A stretch of DNA of 64,000 nt from Octopus vulgaris (lineage: Eukaryota): positions 220,100,001 through 220,164,000 of the forward strand of contig OX597814.1 of assembly GCA_951406725.2 (NCBI GenBank), read 5' to 3'. Both the position numbers and the translations under genes were made by a program. The notes under the pieces were generated by a model that saw only the letters and a program-made list of their open reading frames with translations, ran no database searches and was not told the DNA's origin. Shown piece by piece: positions 1-13,490 of the stretch (the first letter of the stretch is position 1; every line of letters starts with the position of its first letter).

Positions 1-7
1 ATAACAC

Positions 8-97
<90 letters not shown>

Positions 98-99
<2 letters not shown>

Positions 100-342
100 G
101 AAGGTTTGGAGATGATGTACAGGTATTATATATTAGAAAAATTGAGGTAATCAGATCAGATGGTTCATATTTGTAGATATTTATTTATATATTACATTTT
201 TTACATATATATCATATCATTCGGATTAGCGCTTGCTCCCATTCTAGTGGGTTTTCAAATCAAATCAGTTGTGGGTAGTTTGAACCTTTTTATAGTTTCG
301 TAGTAGTGGGTGAGGAGGAAGTGAGACAGAGAGAAAATATGT

Positions 343-394
<52 letters not shown>

Positions 395-650
395 GTGTGT
401 GTGTGTGCGCATTTATATCTGAGAGTGAAGAAGTGTTATTTCCGTTGGTCTGCTGGACCCCCTGTGGTTTTATAAGAACTTTGGCTGTCCATTTCAATGT
501 CACTGAGTGTGTGTTGTGCATAGGTTGGCCTGGCAACCTATGCACAACACACACTCAGTGACATTGAAATGGACAGCCAAAGTTCTTATAAAACCACAGG
601 GGGTCCAGCAGACCAACGGAAATAACACTTCTTCACTCTCAGATATAAAT

Positions 651-710
<60 letters not shown>

Positions 711-927
711 CACAATATTTTCTCTCTGTCTCACTTCCTCCTCACCCACTACTACGAAACTATAAAAAGGTTCAAACTACCCACAACTGATTTGATTTGA
801 AAACCCACTAGAATGGGAGCAAGCGCTAATCCGAATGATATGATATATATGTAAAAAATGTAATATATAAATAAATATCTACAAATATGAACCATCTGAT
901 CTGATTACCTCAATTTTTCTAATATAT
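98..927. mobile_element. Fold-back element: ~400 bp inverted arms with a ~30 bp one-sided tail, between (TA)n tracts
   Basis: Arm ~128-527 is the reverse complement of ~534-927 (see mirrored ORFs 255..554- and 507..800+). Spacer 528-533; extra 98-127 on the left only. Confidence 0.85.
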
Positions 928-943
928 ATATATATATATACAC

Positions 944-984
<41 letters not shown>

Positions 985-988
<4 letters not shown>

Positions 989-2174
989 TATCCAACATTG
1001 GTGTCTCTGGAAAGTTACTGAAATGGATTAAGTGTTTCCTGACAGACAGATCTCAACATGTTGTAGTTGAAGGGGTAAAATCAAGCCCAGCCAAAGTCAG
1101 TAGTGGCGTTCCGCAAGGCACTGTGCTGGGCCCACTTCTTTTCATCATTTACATTAATGACATTAATGACATCATCAAGCACAGCAACATAAAAATCTTT
1201 GCAGATGACTCCAAGCTACAGAAGGTCATAAATGAGGCGAGTGACCGGACATGCCTTCAGTCAGATCTACTGGCTGTTATCCAATGGGCAGAAAAAAACA
1301 ATATGCTGCTGAACGAGGATAAATTTGAGCTAATCCACTTTGGAAAAGAGGATGCCCTGAAACTCCCATACTCCCTTCCTTCAGGTGAAACTCTCGCGGC
1401 GTCCAACAACATCAGAGACTTAGGAGTAATTGTGGACAACAACGTAAGCTGGGCCACTCATATAAACACCAAAGTTGACATGGCCCGCAGAATGTGTTCC
1501 TGGATTCTCAGAACTTTCCAGTCGAGAGATATCCACACCATTATCCTTCTCTTCTCCACTTTTGCCCGACCCCACCTTGAATACTGTTGTCCACTGTGGT
1601 CTCCCCACACAATACAAGGTATCATAAAAGTTGAAGCACCTCAAAGGGCAATCACAAAAAAGATAGATGACATGACAGGCCTCGACTATTGGGGTCGGCT
1701 AGAAAAGCTAAAACTCTATTCTCTCCAACGTCGTCGTGAGCGCTACATCATCTGCATGATGTGGAAAATATTCCATCAGCATTGCCCAAATGATGTTGGC
1801 ATCACCTTTAAGGTACATCCAAGGCTTGGGCCCCGTGCCATCCGCCCAAAACAAAAATCGCACTCTCATCTCATAACAACAATACGGCACAATTATTTCA
1901 CCTCAATTGGCCCCGCTCTCTTTAACATTACACCAAAACACATTAAAACAGAAACTGACCCTATAGGGTTCAAGAAGTCTTTGGACAGATTCCTTCAAGA
2001 AATCCCGGATAAACCCCCTACACCCGGATATGTCTCTGTAAACAATAACTCTCTACTTGAGTGGGCCATAGTGCCCAAATTCTGACTTGAAAGACTTCAC
2101 CAGGTGGTGCTATTAAGTTAGACATGGCCTGGGCCAATAATGGCCGAAACCTATCAAAGTATCAAAGTAAGTAA

Positions 2175-2176
<2 letters not shown>
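985..2176 (+). mobile_element. 5'-truncated CR1-group LINE with open RT C-terminal frame (985-2085) and 3' UTR/tail
   Basis: Motifs SGVPQGTVLGPLLFIIYINDI, FADDSKL, RPHLEYC and LQRRRER, with no stops. Ends atcaaagt-atcaaagt-aagt; flanked by (TA)n. Confidence 0.92.
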
Positions 2177-2665
<489 letters not shown>

Positions 2666-2934
2666 TCTGTAGTTGCCTTGTTATCCAACTGACTTGGACA
2701 ATTATCCACCATCTTCCAAGCAACAACCTTGGGCACCTTTTCGAATTCCATATTGTCTAAAACCTGTTAACAACAAAATAAGCAAACAGCACAACACCCA
2801 TGACCGTCCGAAACATTTTAATATGCTCAGAATTGTTGAAGCATGAAATAGACTACCTGCTTCAGGTGTTAGCTATCAGGATTCTACATCCTTCAAAACT
2901 TCCATCCTTCCTGAAATTTCCCAGCACTATATTT

Positions 2935-3163
2935 GGCGGCGAGCTGGTAGAAACGTTAGCACGCCGGGCGAAATTCGTAGCCGTATTTCGTCTGTCGTTA
3001 TGTTCCGAGTTCAAATTCCGCCGAGGTCGACTTTGCCTTTCATCCTTTCGGGGTCGATAAATTAAGTACCAGTTACGCACTGGGGTCGATGTAGTCGACT
3101 TAATCCCTTTGTCTGTCCTTATTTGTCCCCTCTGTGTTTAGCCCCTTGTAGGTAGTAAAGAAA
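2935..3163 (+). mobile_element. tRNA-derived SINE family C; other copies 6316-6532(-) and 42626-42853(-); degenerate copies 24330-24550, 38890-39510 (tandem) and 54655-55080
   Basis: GGCGGCGAGCTGG head, GTTCAAATTCC B-box, shared body gtcgactttgcctttcatcctttcgggg. Confidence 0.85.
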
Positions 3164-3394
3164 TATATATATTTGGTGTTCCTGTTCTTTTTTTTTTATG
3201 ACTCATTCACTGTTTCCTTTCCTCTCTTTTTGCATATTATTCTATGTACTGTTGATGTACTTTTGGAAACCTTTTCTGATGAGTTGTAGTACACCTGAGC
3301 ACTGTATATGATAATTTCATTATATATTATACACATATAGTAGATAGTGGAGGGTCTAGTACTTAACTTTGAAAGCCCTACCAATCCTTGAACT

Positions 3395-3740
3395 GGATAC
3401 CACAGCTCAGGGTTCAATGGCCCACGGCTTTTCAATTCCAAGCCAAAAGACTCTGAGACCTATGAGGTACAGATAGGACGTGTTCAAAACACATCTAGAC
3501 AAATTTCAATCTGGGATACCAGATGAACCCACATTTTTTTTTCTTTTACTGGTTTCAGTCATTTGACTACGGCCATGCTGGAGCACCGCCTTTAGTCGAG
3601 CAAATCGACTTTACAATAAATGTAAAGAAGCAATGTTTTGTCCAGTTTATGGCTTCACTGGAACCAAATCTTGAGAGAGGGCCAGGTGAGTTTGAAATAA
3701 TCTAGCAACCAAACTAATGGTCATGCCCCAGCATGGCCAG
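3395..3740 (+). mobile_element. Degenerate CR1-type LINE 3' fragment interrupted by a SINE fragment
   Basis: Translates to GPRLFNS...FKTHLDKF..GIPDEP, similar to the C-terminus of the 985-2085 ORF. Confidence 0.55.
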
Positions 3741-6700
3741 AGACCCTGACTGAAATGAGTAAAAGATAAAAGTAATAAGGTTATCCTATTGTAAATTTGA
3801 GTGATGTTTCTCTGTCCAGTACGTTTTTATGTTTATTAACTTCTCCAAGAACGTTGGTGCAAGGACATTGAAACTCAAACCAGCAATTCCCCTAATCCCA
3901 GGGAATGTCCTAAGGGGTTCTATTTTTATTAAGGGCTGCCTAATTGGGGACCCACTGACACCCCTATTTTTACTGCATTTTAAACTAAATACATGGCATT
4001 GGCAACCAAATTGGAGAAATGTCAATGAATTTCATACCATGAACTAACTCCCAGGGAGTATTGTAAGGAGGTTCACTTTCTGAAGGGCCACTTAAATGGG
4101 CCCCACTGCCCCCGCCCCTATTTTTACTGCATTTACTTTACTCCTATGCTTATTGATTAAACTATAATCAGCATCAGTTCTTAACACATTTGCAGAAATA
4201 AGTCTGGGCATTCTAAATACCTTCACATACATTCAAATCGAGATAAAGAGTTCTAACAGGTAAGTTTCAAGTGTGGTAGTCTGAATATTTATATTTTGTA
4301 GCTTATGAGACTTATGTCTAGTATATACATATTTACATGCAGTTAAATATACGGCTCTCTCTCTCTCTCTCTCTGATAGCTTTGAGGCATAATGATAACA
4401 GTGAACTGCTTTTCTTCTCTTTCTCTTTTTCTTTTTCTTCTCTTTGTTTACATTGTACACAGTCAGAAGAGGCCAGAACACTCTGGTATCTCCCCTACAC
4501 CTCTAAAGCAATTATCTGCTATTTTTCCTATCACTCCTCGTCCATTTGTAATCTCTCAAACCTGTCTGCTTTTAAAATGTCACTGGCTAAGTTAGTGTTC
4601 AGGCCAACATAGCTTATTAATTACAGCGTGCCTACTATTAAAACAACCCTACCTGCTTAAGGTGAGAAAGGAGTTTATTGTTAAAAGTACTCTGTCTGTA
4701 TTTAGAATAAAATCTTCTTCCTTTTGCTGGTGTCGGATATCATCAAGTATTTATGAGCAGGAATGTGTGTATATGCATGTGTGTGTACACACACATATTG
4801 GTGTATTTATGCACACACACCTGGAGCAAGTGCCTTCTACCATGGTTCAGGTTGATCAATGCTTTTTGAGTGAAAATTTTGCTTGATGACAATTTAGAGA
4901 GGGAGAGAAAGAGAGAGAGAAGGAGAAAGGGAGGGAGAGAGAGAGAGCTCATTTTCTGCTTTCAGGTGGTAGATATAACCTGCCTTCCACTTTAACACCA
5001 CCGCCTTGTCCCTTGTCCCTGTCCGTTGTTATTTTTAGTGAAGCTCACTCTGTTACAAGCATTCAGATCAAGTGTCAAAGCTGAGAATGCCTTCTGTTCA
5101 CTGTTCTCTGTGACTCTGAACATAGTCACAGGCATCGGCACGACCCTTTCTCTGCTAAGTTATTGAAAATAAAATGTTTGAATAAAGATTTAAAACTAAG
5201 ATGTGGATCTGGTTTACAGTTTGGCTGCAGGGTGAGTAAACAAATGTTCTTCTCTCCAACAGAAGAGAGAGAGAAATGAAGAGGAAAGTATGGAGGGGGG
5301 GAGAGAGGAGAGATTTAGCTCAACATCTGAAGATAGTATTGTAGCATCTTATTAATTTGATCATTGGGATAATCCATGAAGAGATACCAGTAAAATATTG
5401 CTCGTATCAATTGAGCAGAAAAAAAGAACAATCACAACAAAAACAAACAAGCAAACTTCCAAAAGATCTTAAGGTCTTTTTTTTTTCCGTCTCCAACTTA
5501 CTTTCTGGGTCCCTAGGCTGGTATGCGTGTGGTTCACGAGTCAACAATGGAACCTCTACATGGTAGTTTGATCTGCTATATTTGTACTCTGGTGCTCCAT
5601 CTCCAGCATGGCCTTGGCCGTGATGGCTAAAACAAACTAAAGAACTACCATCTTGAGAAATGAAGATCGCATTGGACAAGGTAAGTCCAAAGTGTACAAA
5701 AAGACGGAAGTTTACAGGCGGAACACTTTTGAACAGAGATCTTTTCAAGCAGGGCAGAACTGTGGCTAACAACAACAATAGCAACAACAACAACAACAAC
5801 AACAAAACTAATAAAAAACATCAGCAACAACAACTGTTACAATAGATAATTCATGCTCAAATTACATCCTACTCCCTTGAAAAAATACAAGAGACACATT
5901 GGATAGCGTAGTTACAAAAGACACAAAAGCTGCAAGAATGAGGGGTCGCTCATGATTGGAATTCTTTAATTCCTAGATCTGCTCAGTCCGAGGAAGACTT
6001 GCAAGTGAAGACACAAAAACAACAACAACGGTAGCAGCAAGAGCAATAACGGTGACGATGTAAAAGAAATAAACAGTAGTAGCAGCCATAGCAACATCTC
6101 ACTTGACAACAGCAGAAACTAAATAAATGCATAGTGCAGTATGTGTATTTTAGATCCCAGCTGAGAGTCAATCACCTGAGCAGTTTGAGACACATCACCA
6201 TTGTTGTATTATATCTGATATTGAGTCACTTACTGCTCAGTGGTTGAGTCTACCTAGCACTAAATAAGCACCATAAGTGATTATAATTCAGATGTAGTAG
6301 TAGTGTAGAATATTTATTTCTTTACTACCCACAAGGGGCTAAACACAGAGGGGACAAACAAGGACAGACAAACGGTTTAAGTCAGTTATATCGACCCCAG
6401 TGCGTAACTGGTACTTAATTTATCGACCCCGAAAGGATGAAAGGCAAAGTCGACCTCGGCGGAATTTGAACTCAGAACGTAATGGCAGACGAAATATGGC
6501 TACGCATTTCGCCCGGCGTGCTAACGTTTCTGTTCTGTGCTAACTTGCTGTTCACAAGTTCAATTCACTGCATGGAAAGAAAAAAAAAAAAAAAAAAAAA
6601 AAAAGCTACCTGTAAACAGCTTGAGCTAATGAGGAATTAGGAGTTGATGGGGTAGCTTCTATATGGTGGTTTCAACAGCAGAGAATTTCTGACAGCTGAC

Positions 6701-7066
6701 AGAATAGAATCTGTTTTCAGATTTCAAGTTGGTTTGACTCAAAGCCATTCTGTCACTTCAAAATGAACTACAATACACCACCACCATCACCATTACCATC
6801 ACCACCACTACCAACAACAACCTATATATGGTCACATGATTAGTAACTAAATCTCTCTCAAGTCACATCCTATTTTAAAAAAGGATATATTGGATAATGT
6901 AATCCTAAAGAAAAGACAGCCTAATTAAAGCTGATATTCCTTTGATCAAATGTACTTCATTAGGAATAACCAGAGGCTATACAATACATGCTTACTGCAG
7001 TGGCTCAGATTCCTGTCTTGGACAAAGTTTGGTCTTCATCTGCTTAAAGTTTTACAGAAGGCTTAA

Positions 7067-7288
7067 CCCTTTCGTTACTGAATTTATTTTGAGATGCTCA
7101 GTGTTTCTTCCAATTATGTTAAATATAACAAAGAATTAAGTAAAATAACATCGTTATCATTAAGCTAGAGTTAGGGACATAAATTGTGACTAAGGTTTGG
7201 TGGAAGGTTTTAATTCAGAACTTTTGAAAACCAGACATTTGTACTAAAGAGCCAGAGCCGGTTTCAGCCGGGTTGGTAACGAAAGGGG
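7067..7288. mobile_element. piggyBac-type MITE; second copy 16310-16531 in opposite orientation, degenerate third ~22040-22220
   Basis: TTAA|CCCTTTCGTTAC ... GTAACGAAAGGG terminal inverted repeats; internal sequence is shared between copies. Confidence 0.7.
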
Positions 7289-7324
7289 TTGAATACTGTC
7301 TCTGCAGACCCATATGGTCTGAAA

Positions 7325-7711
7325 GGAGGCGCAATGGCCCAGTGGTTAGGGCAGCGGACTCACGGTCATAGGATCGCGGTTTCGATTCCCAGACCAGGCG
7401 TTGTGAGTGTTTATTGAGCGAAAACACCTAAAAGCTCCACGAGGCTCCGGCAGGGGATGGTGGTGATCCCTGCTGTACTCCTTCACCACAACTTTCTCTC
7501 ACTCTTACTTCCTGTTTCTGTTGTACCTGTATTTCAAAGGGCCGGCCTTGTCACTCTCTGTGTCATGCTGAATATCCCCGAGAACTGCGTTAAGGGTGCA
7601 CGTGTCTGTGGAGTGCTCAACCACTTACACGTTAATTTCACGAGCAGGCTGTTCCGTTGAGTCGGATCAACCGGAACCCTCGTCGTCGGAACCGACGGAG
7701 TGCTTCCATCC
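7325..7711 (+). mobile_element. tRNA-derived SINE family B; other copies 15730-16112(+), 16745-17057(-), 19843-20137(+), 27590-27964(+)
   Basis: A-box TGGCCCAGTGG and B-box-like GTTTCGATTCC. TSD atggtctgaaa here; TSD aataggaaagt at the 27590 copy. Confidence 0.88.
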
Positions 7712-7852
7712 ATGGTCTGAAAAATATTAGCTAATGACATATCTCTTCATGTCAGTTATAGACAGTTCTGTTATCTTATTTCCATCAAGTTCTGTATTCT
7801 TACCGGCATGTTACATCTCTGGAATTAAGCTAATTTAGTGGACTTCAGTCAG

Positions 7853-8272
7853 TAGGAGTGGCTGTGTGGTAAGTAGCTAGCTAACCAGCCACATGGTTCC
7901 GGGTTCAGTCCCACTGCGTGGCATCTGGGGCAAGTGTCTTCTGCTACAGCCCCGGGCCGACCAATGCCTTGTGAGTAGATTTGGTAGACGGAAACTGAAA
8001 GAAGCCTGTCATATATATGAATATGTATATATATGTGTGTGTGTGGGGGGGAGTTTGTGTGTCTGTATTTGTCCCCCTAGCATTGCTTGACAACCGATGC
8101 TGGTGTGTTTACGTCCCCGTCACTTAGCGGTTCAGCAAAAGAGACCGATAGAATGAGTACTGGGCTTACAAAGAATAAGTCCCGGGGTCGATTTGATCGA
8201 CTAAAGGCGGTGCTCCAGCATGGCTGCAGTCAAATGACTGAAACAAGTAAAAGAGTAAAAGAGTAAAGAGAG
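7853..8272 (+). mobile_element. tRNA-derived SINE family A; copies also 11326-11570(+), 12151-12576(-), 13710-14078(-), 14306-14716(-), 38147-38550(+), 39673-40088(+), 52228-52630(+), 53380-53598(-), 56816-57217(-), 59161-59570(-), 60099-60510(+)
   Basis: A-box TGGCTGTGTGG, B-box GGTTCAGTCCC, internal (TA/TG)n and (gtaaaaga)n tail; near-identical dispersed copies. Confidence 0.92.
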
Positions 8273-8763
8273 TTTGCTATGTTAGCCATCTGACCATGTA
8301 CAGCTGTTAAGTAAGCACATGGCTAAAATGTATAAATGATGACATTTTCACAGAAGAGAACTTCGTTTGAAATACCATTATTATCAATGCTGTTTAATGA
8401 GTGCTTTCTGAATTTTGTGTTTGAAATATGAGGACAGTGTACCAATGATATATTACACAAGAAATTTCAATAGCAGTGCAGACGCTAAATATTCAAAGTG
8501 TCAAATTAATAACATTTTTGTTTTTAAGTTCAAGCACTTTTACTCGCATTGTAATACAGTGGGTTCTCTGCAAGTAAAAAACCTTGAAATAACATTTTAA
8601 CCGCATCCCATACCTCCAACATGTCCTTTATCAGTGATATTTTAAGGAAAAAAAAAAACCCAAACATGATTAAAAACTAATGAACGTAAAAATAAATAAA
8701 TAAATAAATAAAAAGGAAGGAAATCAGAGTAGTTTATAATGAAAATTTACAAGTTATTGTAAA

Positions 8764-9203
8764 CTAGCAGCATAGCCCAGCGTTGCCCGGGTATGTAAGA
8801 GCCCCTAGTGGGCAACGACTAATCCCAATCTAGTCCTTTCCCTCTAGGGAACGAAGGCGCATGTGTAGGTTGCAATGTCTTCCCTTCACTCGAATACTTC
8901 TGTGTATACGATGTTCCTAGCTGTCCCTTTGGGCGATAAAAAGGTCGAGTTGTGTCCCCTAGACAGAAAATGTGTTGCATATAAAAAGCTTAGATTCTCG
9001 ACCCCATGTCGAATTTATCGATTATTTTCAAAACTGGGGGAACTTTTCAAAATTTTCGCTGCGTTAGTTTTTAACTATGACATTGGGCTATATGTGTGTC
9101 ATGTTTCATTAGAATCGGTTGAAAGCCGTGGTCAGGGTGAGGGTACAACCTGACAGACACACAGACACACACACAGACAAACTGCCGTTTATATATAGAG
9201 AGA
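8764..9203 (-). mobile_element. Non-autonomous Helitron-like element
   Basis: On the minus strand it starts TC, ends CTAG, has a subterminal CCCG...GGG hairpin and an internal (ACAG)n, and sits between A and T. Confidence 0.7.
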
Positions 9204-9832
9204 TAATGTTGGCTAAGAATCGTCTGGATTCACAGTCATTTGTAACTGACTGACCTAAACAGCACAAATAATTAAGGTGATCTACAAAACATATTTGAAG
9301 TGACTAAAATTAGAGGGTAAACGAAGCAATGTATGAAGCGAAATAAAACAAGTTTATTTAAGCACTCTGGCTGGGAAACGACAGGTTTAATTAATCCCAT
9401 GAGTAATAGAAAAAATTTCATAAAATGTACCCCTCAAATCATTCCACAAACTGGTATAATGACAGACATAAACACTGGAGTTATCCTTCAAAATAGCCAC
9501 AAGAAATGCACTGCAAACCAATTGGGTTGTTGGGACATTGCTGAAAACATATCCTCTTAAATATACTGAAGAGACGAGACACTAGAATAACTTCTATTTA
9601 GCTCCTAAAACCGAACAGAATGCTGTGATTTCCAGTGCAATACTGTGAAGGCATGTGGCTGTGTGGTTAAGGTGTTATACTCTTGACTGTAAGGTCATGG
9701 GTTCTATCAACAGACAATGTGGCACGTCGTATCTTTGAGTAATGGACTTATTTCACATTGTTCCAGTCTATTCAGCTGAAAATGAGACAAACTGGCATGC
9801 CATAGATTTGAACTCTCAGTTGCTTACATGTT

Positions 9833-10180
9833 TCATCATCATCATCATCATCATCATCGTTTAGCATCCGCTTTCCATGCTGGCATGGGTTGGACGGTTC
9901 AACTGGGGTCTGGGAAGCCAAGAGGCTGCACCAGGCCCAGTCTGATCTGGCAATGTTTCTACGGCTGGATGCCCTTCCTAACGCCAACCACTCCATGAGT
10001 GTAGTGGGTGCTTTTTGCGTGCCACCTGCACAGGTGCCAGGCGAGGCTGGCAAACGGCCACGATCGGATGGTGCTTTTTATGTGCCACCGGCACGGGGGC
10101 CAGGCGAGGCTGGCAACGGCCATGAACGGATGGTGCTTTTTATGTGCCACCGGCACGGAGGCGAGGCGAGGCGAGGCTGG
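9833..10180 (-). mobile_element. (GAT)n-tailed SINE-like family D; copies also ~11625-11877, 17250-17440, 19555-19817, 23300-23530, 25500-25842, 48540-48700, 53010-53200
   Basis: Shared sequence gagtggttggcgttaggaagggcatccagc...ccatgctagcatggaaa...(gat)n. Confidence 0.8.
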
Positions 10181-10300
10181 AATAAGCTTCAGCCTAAGTA
10201 GAATGTATACTCAAGGCACACCATAACTTAACCTAATGAAACACTCATGGTATATATATATATCTTTATCTTTCTCCTGGTTTCAGTCATTAAACTGCAG

Positions 10301-10343
<43 letters not shown>

Positions 10344-10487
10344 TGCAGAGAGTTCCTGTATCTAAAACATCTTTGCAATACATTGATTTACTTTTATTTA
10401 TCTATAATTTATTCATTTTTTTTTAATCTTTTAGAATGAAAAGAGGGCCAGGAATTAACTCCATTTCGTATTCAGATTTATAAGAAA

Positions 10488-10965
10488 CTAGCATTAAAGA
10501 CCCGTCGTTGCCGGGTCATAGTGCTAGTGTATATATATGTGTATATATTACATATACATCTATATATATATGTCTACACATAAAATACAAAATAGAAAGT
10601 TATATCTTGATATCACTAGTGATAACAAAACTCAAAATATATAACAGACTGGAATTGTTAGCCCGTCTCTTGTAATTTCGATCAATTGTATCTTGTCCTC
10701 CCTCTTGTATAGAAGTGTGGCTACAATCCAGCCTACCTCTACTTCGGGGGGGGGGGGCATTTTATGATATTGCTATGGGCTCACTCTAGGCAAGAAGTTG
10801 AACATTTTTTTGCCCATGAAACTACATGGACCCTAAGTAAGGCATGTGTAAAATTTGAATGAAATTGGTTGTGTAGTTCTCAAGTTTTAGGGAAACACAC
10901 AGACAGACAGACATACAGACAGACATACAGACAGACACATATTCTCAGTTTTACATATATAAAGA
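10488..10965 (-). mobile_element. Non-autonomous Helitron-like element; a related degenerate element at ~22795-23031
   Basis: TC...CTAG termini on the minus strand, GACCCG/CGGGTC hairpin, (ACAG)n tract. Confidence 0.68.
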
Positions 10966-11294
10966 TAATGGTATTTTACAACTAAATGCTTCCCATATTG
11001 ATGCACTCATGCATGCGTGGCCTAAAGAGTTCTAATTGATATAGGTAAGTCATTAGATCTAGCTGTTCTTTTGATCCATTGGTTTTTGGTTCCATTGTAA
11101 GTTCCAGGCATTGATATTCAAGATTTGATGGAACATCTGTATTTTTTACCATCTAAATAATCAAAGAACGTATGTGTGGATGGACAGACATATGGATGTT
11201 TGTGTATGTGTATGTGTGTGTAATATGTATGTTTTTATGTATAATGTATTTATATCTGTATACATACATGTATACGTGTGTGTATGTGTGTGTG

Positions 11295-11326
<32 letters not shown>

Positions 11327-13167
11327 AGCCTGTCGTATATATGTATATATATATATGTGTGTATGTGTTTGTGTGTCTGTGTTTGTCCCCCTAGTATTGC
11401 TTGACAACAGATGCTGGTGTGTTTACGTCCCCGTCACTTAGCAGTTTGGCAAAAGAGACCGATAGAATAAGTACTGGGCTTACAAAGAATAAGTCCCGGG
11501 GTCGATTTGCTCGACTAAAAGGCGGAGCTCCAGCATGGCCACAGTCAAATGACTGAAACAAGTAAAAGAGTATATATATATATACACACATACATGTATA
11601 TATATATGAGTGTGTGTAAATATTACGGTGGTACGTAAAAAGCACCATCCGTTCGTGGCCGTTTGCCAGCTGGCACCTGTGCGGGTGGCACGTAAAAAGC
11701 ACCCACTACACTCACGAAGTGGTTGGCGTTAGGAAAGGCATCCAGCCGTAGAAACACTGCCAGATCAGACTGGGCCTGATGAAGCCTTCCAGCTTCACAG
11801 ACCCCAGTTGAACCGTCCAACCCATGCTAGCATGGAAAACAGACGCTAAACGATGATGATGATGATGATGATGATGACACATATATGTAAAAGCACGAAG
11901 TAATCACTGGTACCCATCTTCTCAAAAATTCAACAAGAGGAAATACTACAGGAATTGATTTTATGTCATAATGAAGCCAGATTTCTACAACCATTCACAG
12001 CGCAATGTCACTGGAGTGCAAAAAAAAAAAGAACCAATTCAAAAAAGACAAGTATTTCACCTGACTAATGGCAATCCCACCCCATATGCACAATAGAGAG
12101 GAAATACATTCATCAAATTCTAGATATTATTATGTATGGATATACATATACTCTTTACTCTTTTATTTGTTTCAGTCATTTGACTGTGGCCATGCTGGAG
12201 CACCACCTTTAGTCGAGCAGATCGACCCCAGGACTTATTCTTTGTAAGCCTAGTACTTATTCTATCGGTCTCTTTTGCCGAACCGCTAGGTTACAGGGAC
12301 CTAAACACACCACCATCGGTTGTCAAGCGATGTTGGGGAGAGACAAACACAGACACACAAACATATACACACACATACATACACATATATATACACATAC
12401 ATACATACATATACGACGGGCTTCTTTCAGTTTCCGTCTCCCAAATCCACTCACAAGGCTTTGGTCTGCCCAAGGCTATAGTAGAAGACACTTGCCGAAG
12501 GTGCCACACAGTAGGACTGAAACCGGAACCATGTGGTTTGTTAGCAAGCTACTTACCACACAGCCACTCCTACGCCTATATATATATATATGTATTATAG
12601 ACACACTCACATTTATTTTATTACACATAATTTTATTACCTTCCATTTAATGCTTTTTGATTTGACTTGCAATTGCCAAGTTTTGTCAGTTTGCATTCAA
12701 TTTGTTTTATCTTAGCAAGTTGGACATGAAGAGTAGAGGGATCAATGTATAAATAGTTTTCCTTTTGTAGATGTTTACTTAAGGTTACCCTCAACAAAAG
12801 AATTCTGTCTGTCAACATTTTTTTTTACAGTGTAGCAGTAGCAGTTTCATCCATTTTGGAATGTGGCTGTAGCAGTCTCTGGTATCCTCATTGTTTGAGA
12901 GAAATAATAAGAATGATCTCGTTTGAGATTACAAACATCTTTGGCCAACTTGTTCCTGTTGTAACCACTAACCTGATTGGTTGACATGTGCTGCGATTTG
13001 TCTCTACTTATTTCGTACCACTGTCCCAGGCCAGCCAATCATGGCCTTTGGTTAAGATCCCATTTCTGAGGCTCGTAATGTCTCAGTCTACTACTATGTA
13101 TCAACTTGTTTGTGAATATATGAATATATATCATCATCATTATCTAACGTCCAGTTTCCATGCATGC

Positions 13168-13204
<37 letters not shown>

Positions 13205-13490
13205 TAATGGGGATGCGTAATGTAAGTGTATATGTTCAACAGAATGCTAATGTTCTGAGAGAGAAGTTAGGCATAAGAGGAATTAGTTGCTATGTACAAG
13301 AGAGATGACTGTGCTGGTTTGGTCATGTGAAGCAGATGGATGCTGACAGTGCTGATCTTTCAAAGTGGATCTGGAAGTGGGAGACCGAGGAAGACATGGG
13401 ATGAAGTACTGAAGAACGACCTCAAGATAGCTGAATCTTTCAGGTGAGAAGACAACGGACTGAGATGCCTAGTGCCTTACCATACTCAAG
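13205..13490 (+). mobile_element. RTE LINE 3' fragment, same family as 36530-37985
   Basis: LREKLGIRGISCYVQER*LCWFGHV...GRPRKTWDEV. Confidence 0.7.

Noticed and set aside
2125-2152. GGCCA-ataa-TGGCC-GAAAC as a hammerhead
   Set aside because: There is no CUGANGA core upstream; it is better explained as the LINE 3' stem-loop.
3270-3330. CTGATGAG motif
   Set aside because: No stem II, GAAA or stem III follows it.
7325-7400. tRNA-like heads of the SINEs as tRNA genes
   Set aside because: They continue into SINE bodies with tails and TSDs; no complete cloverleaf could be supported.
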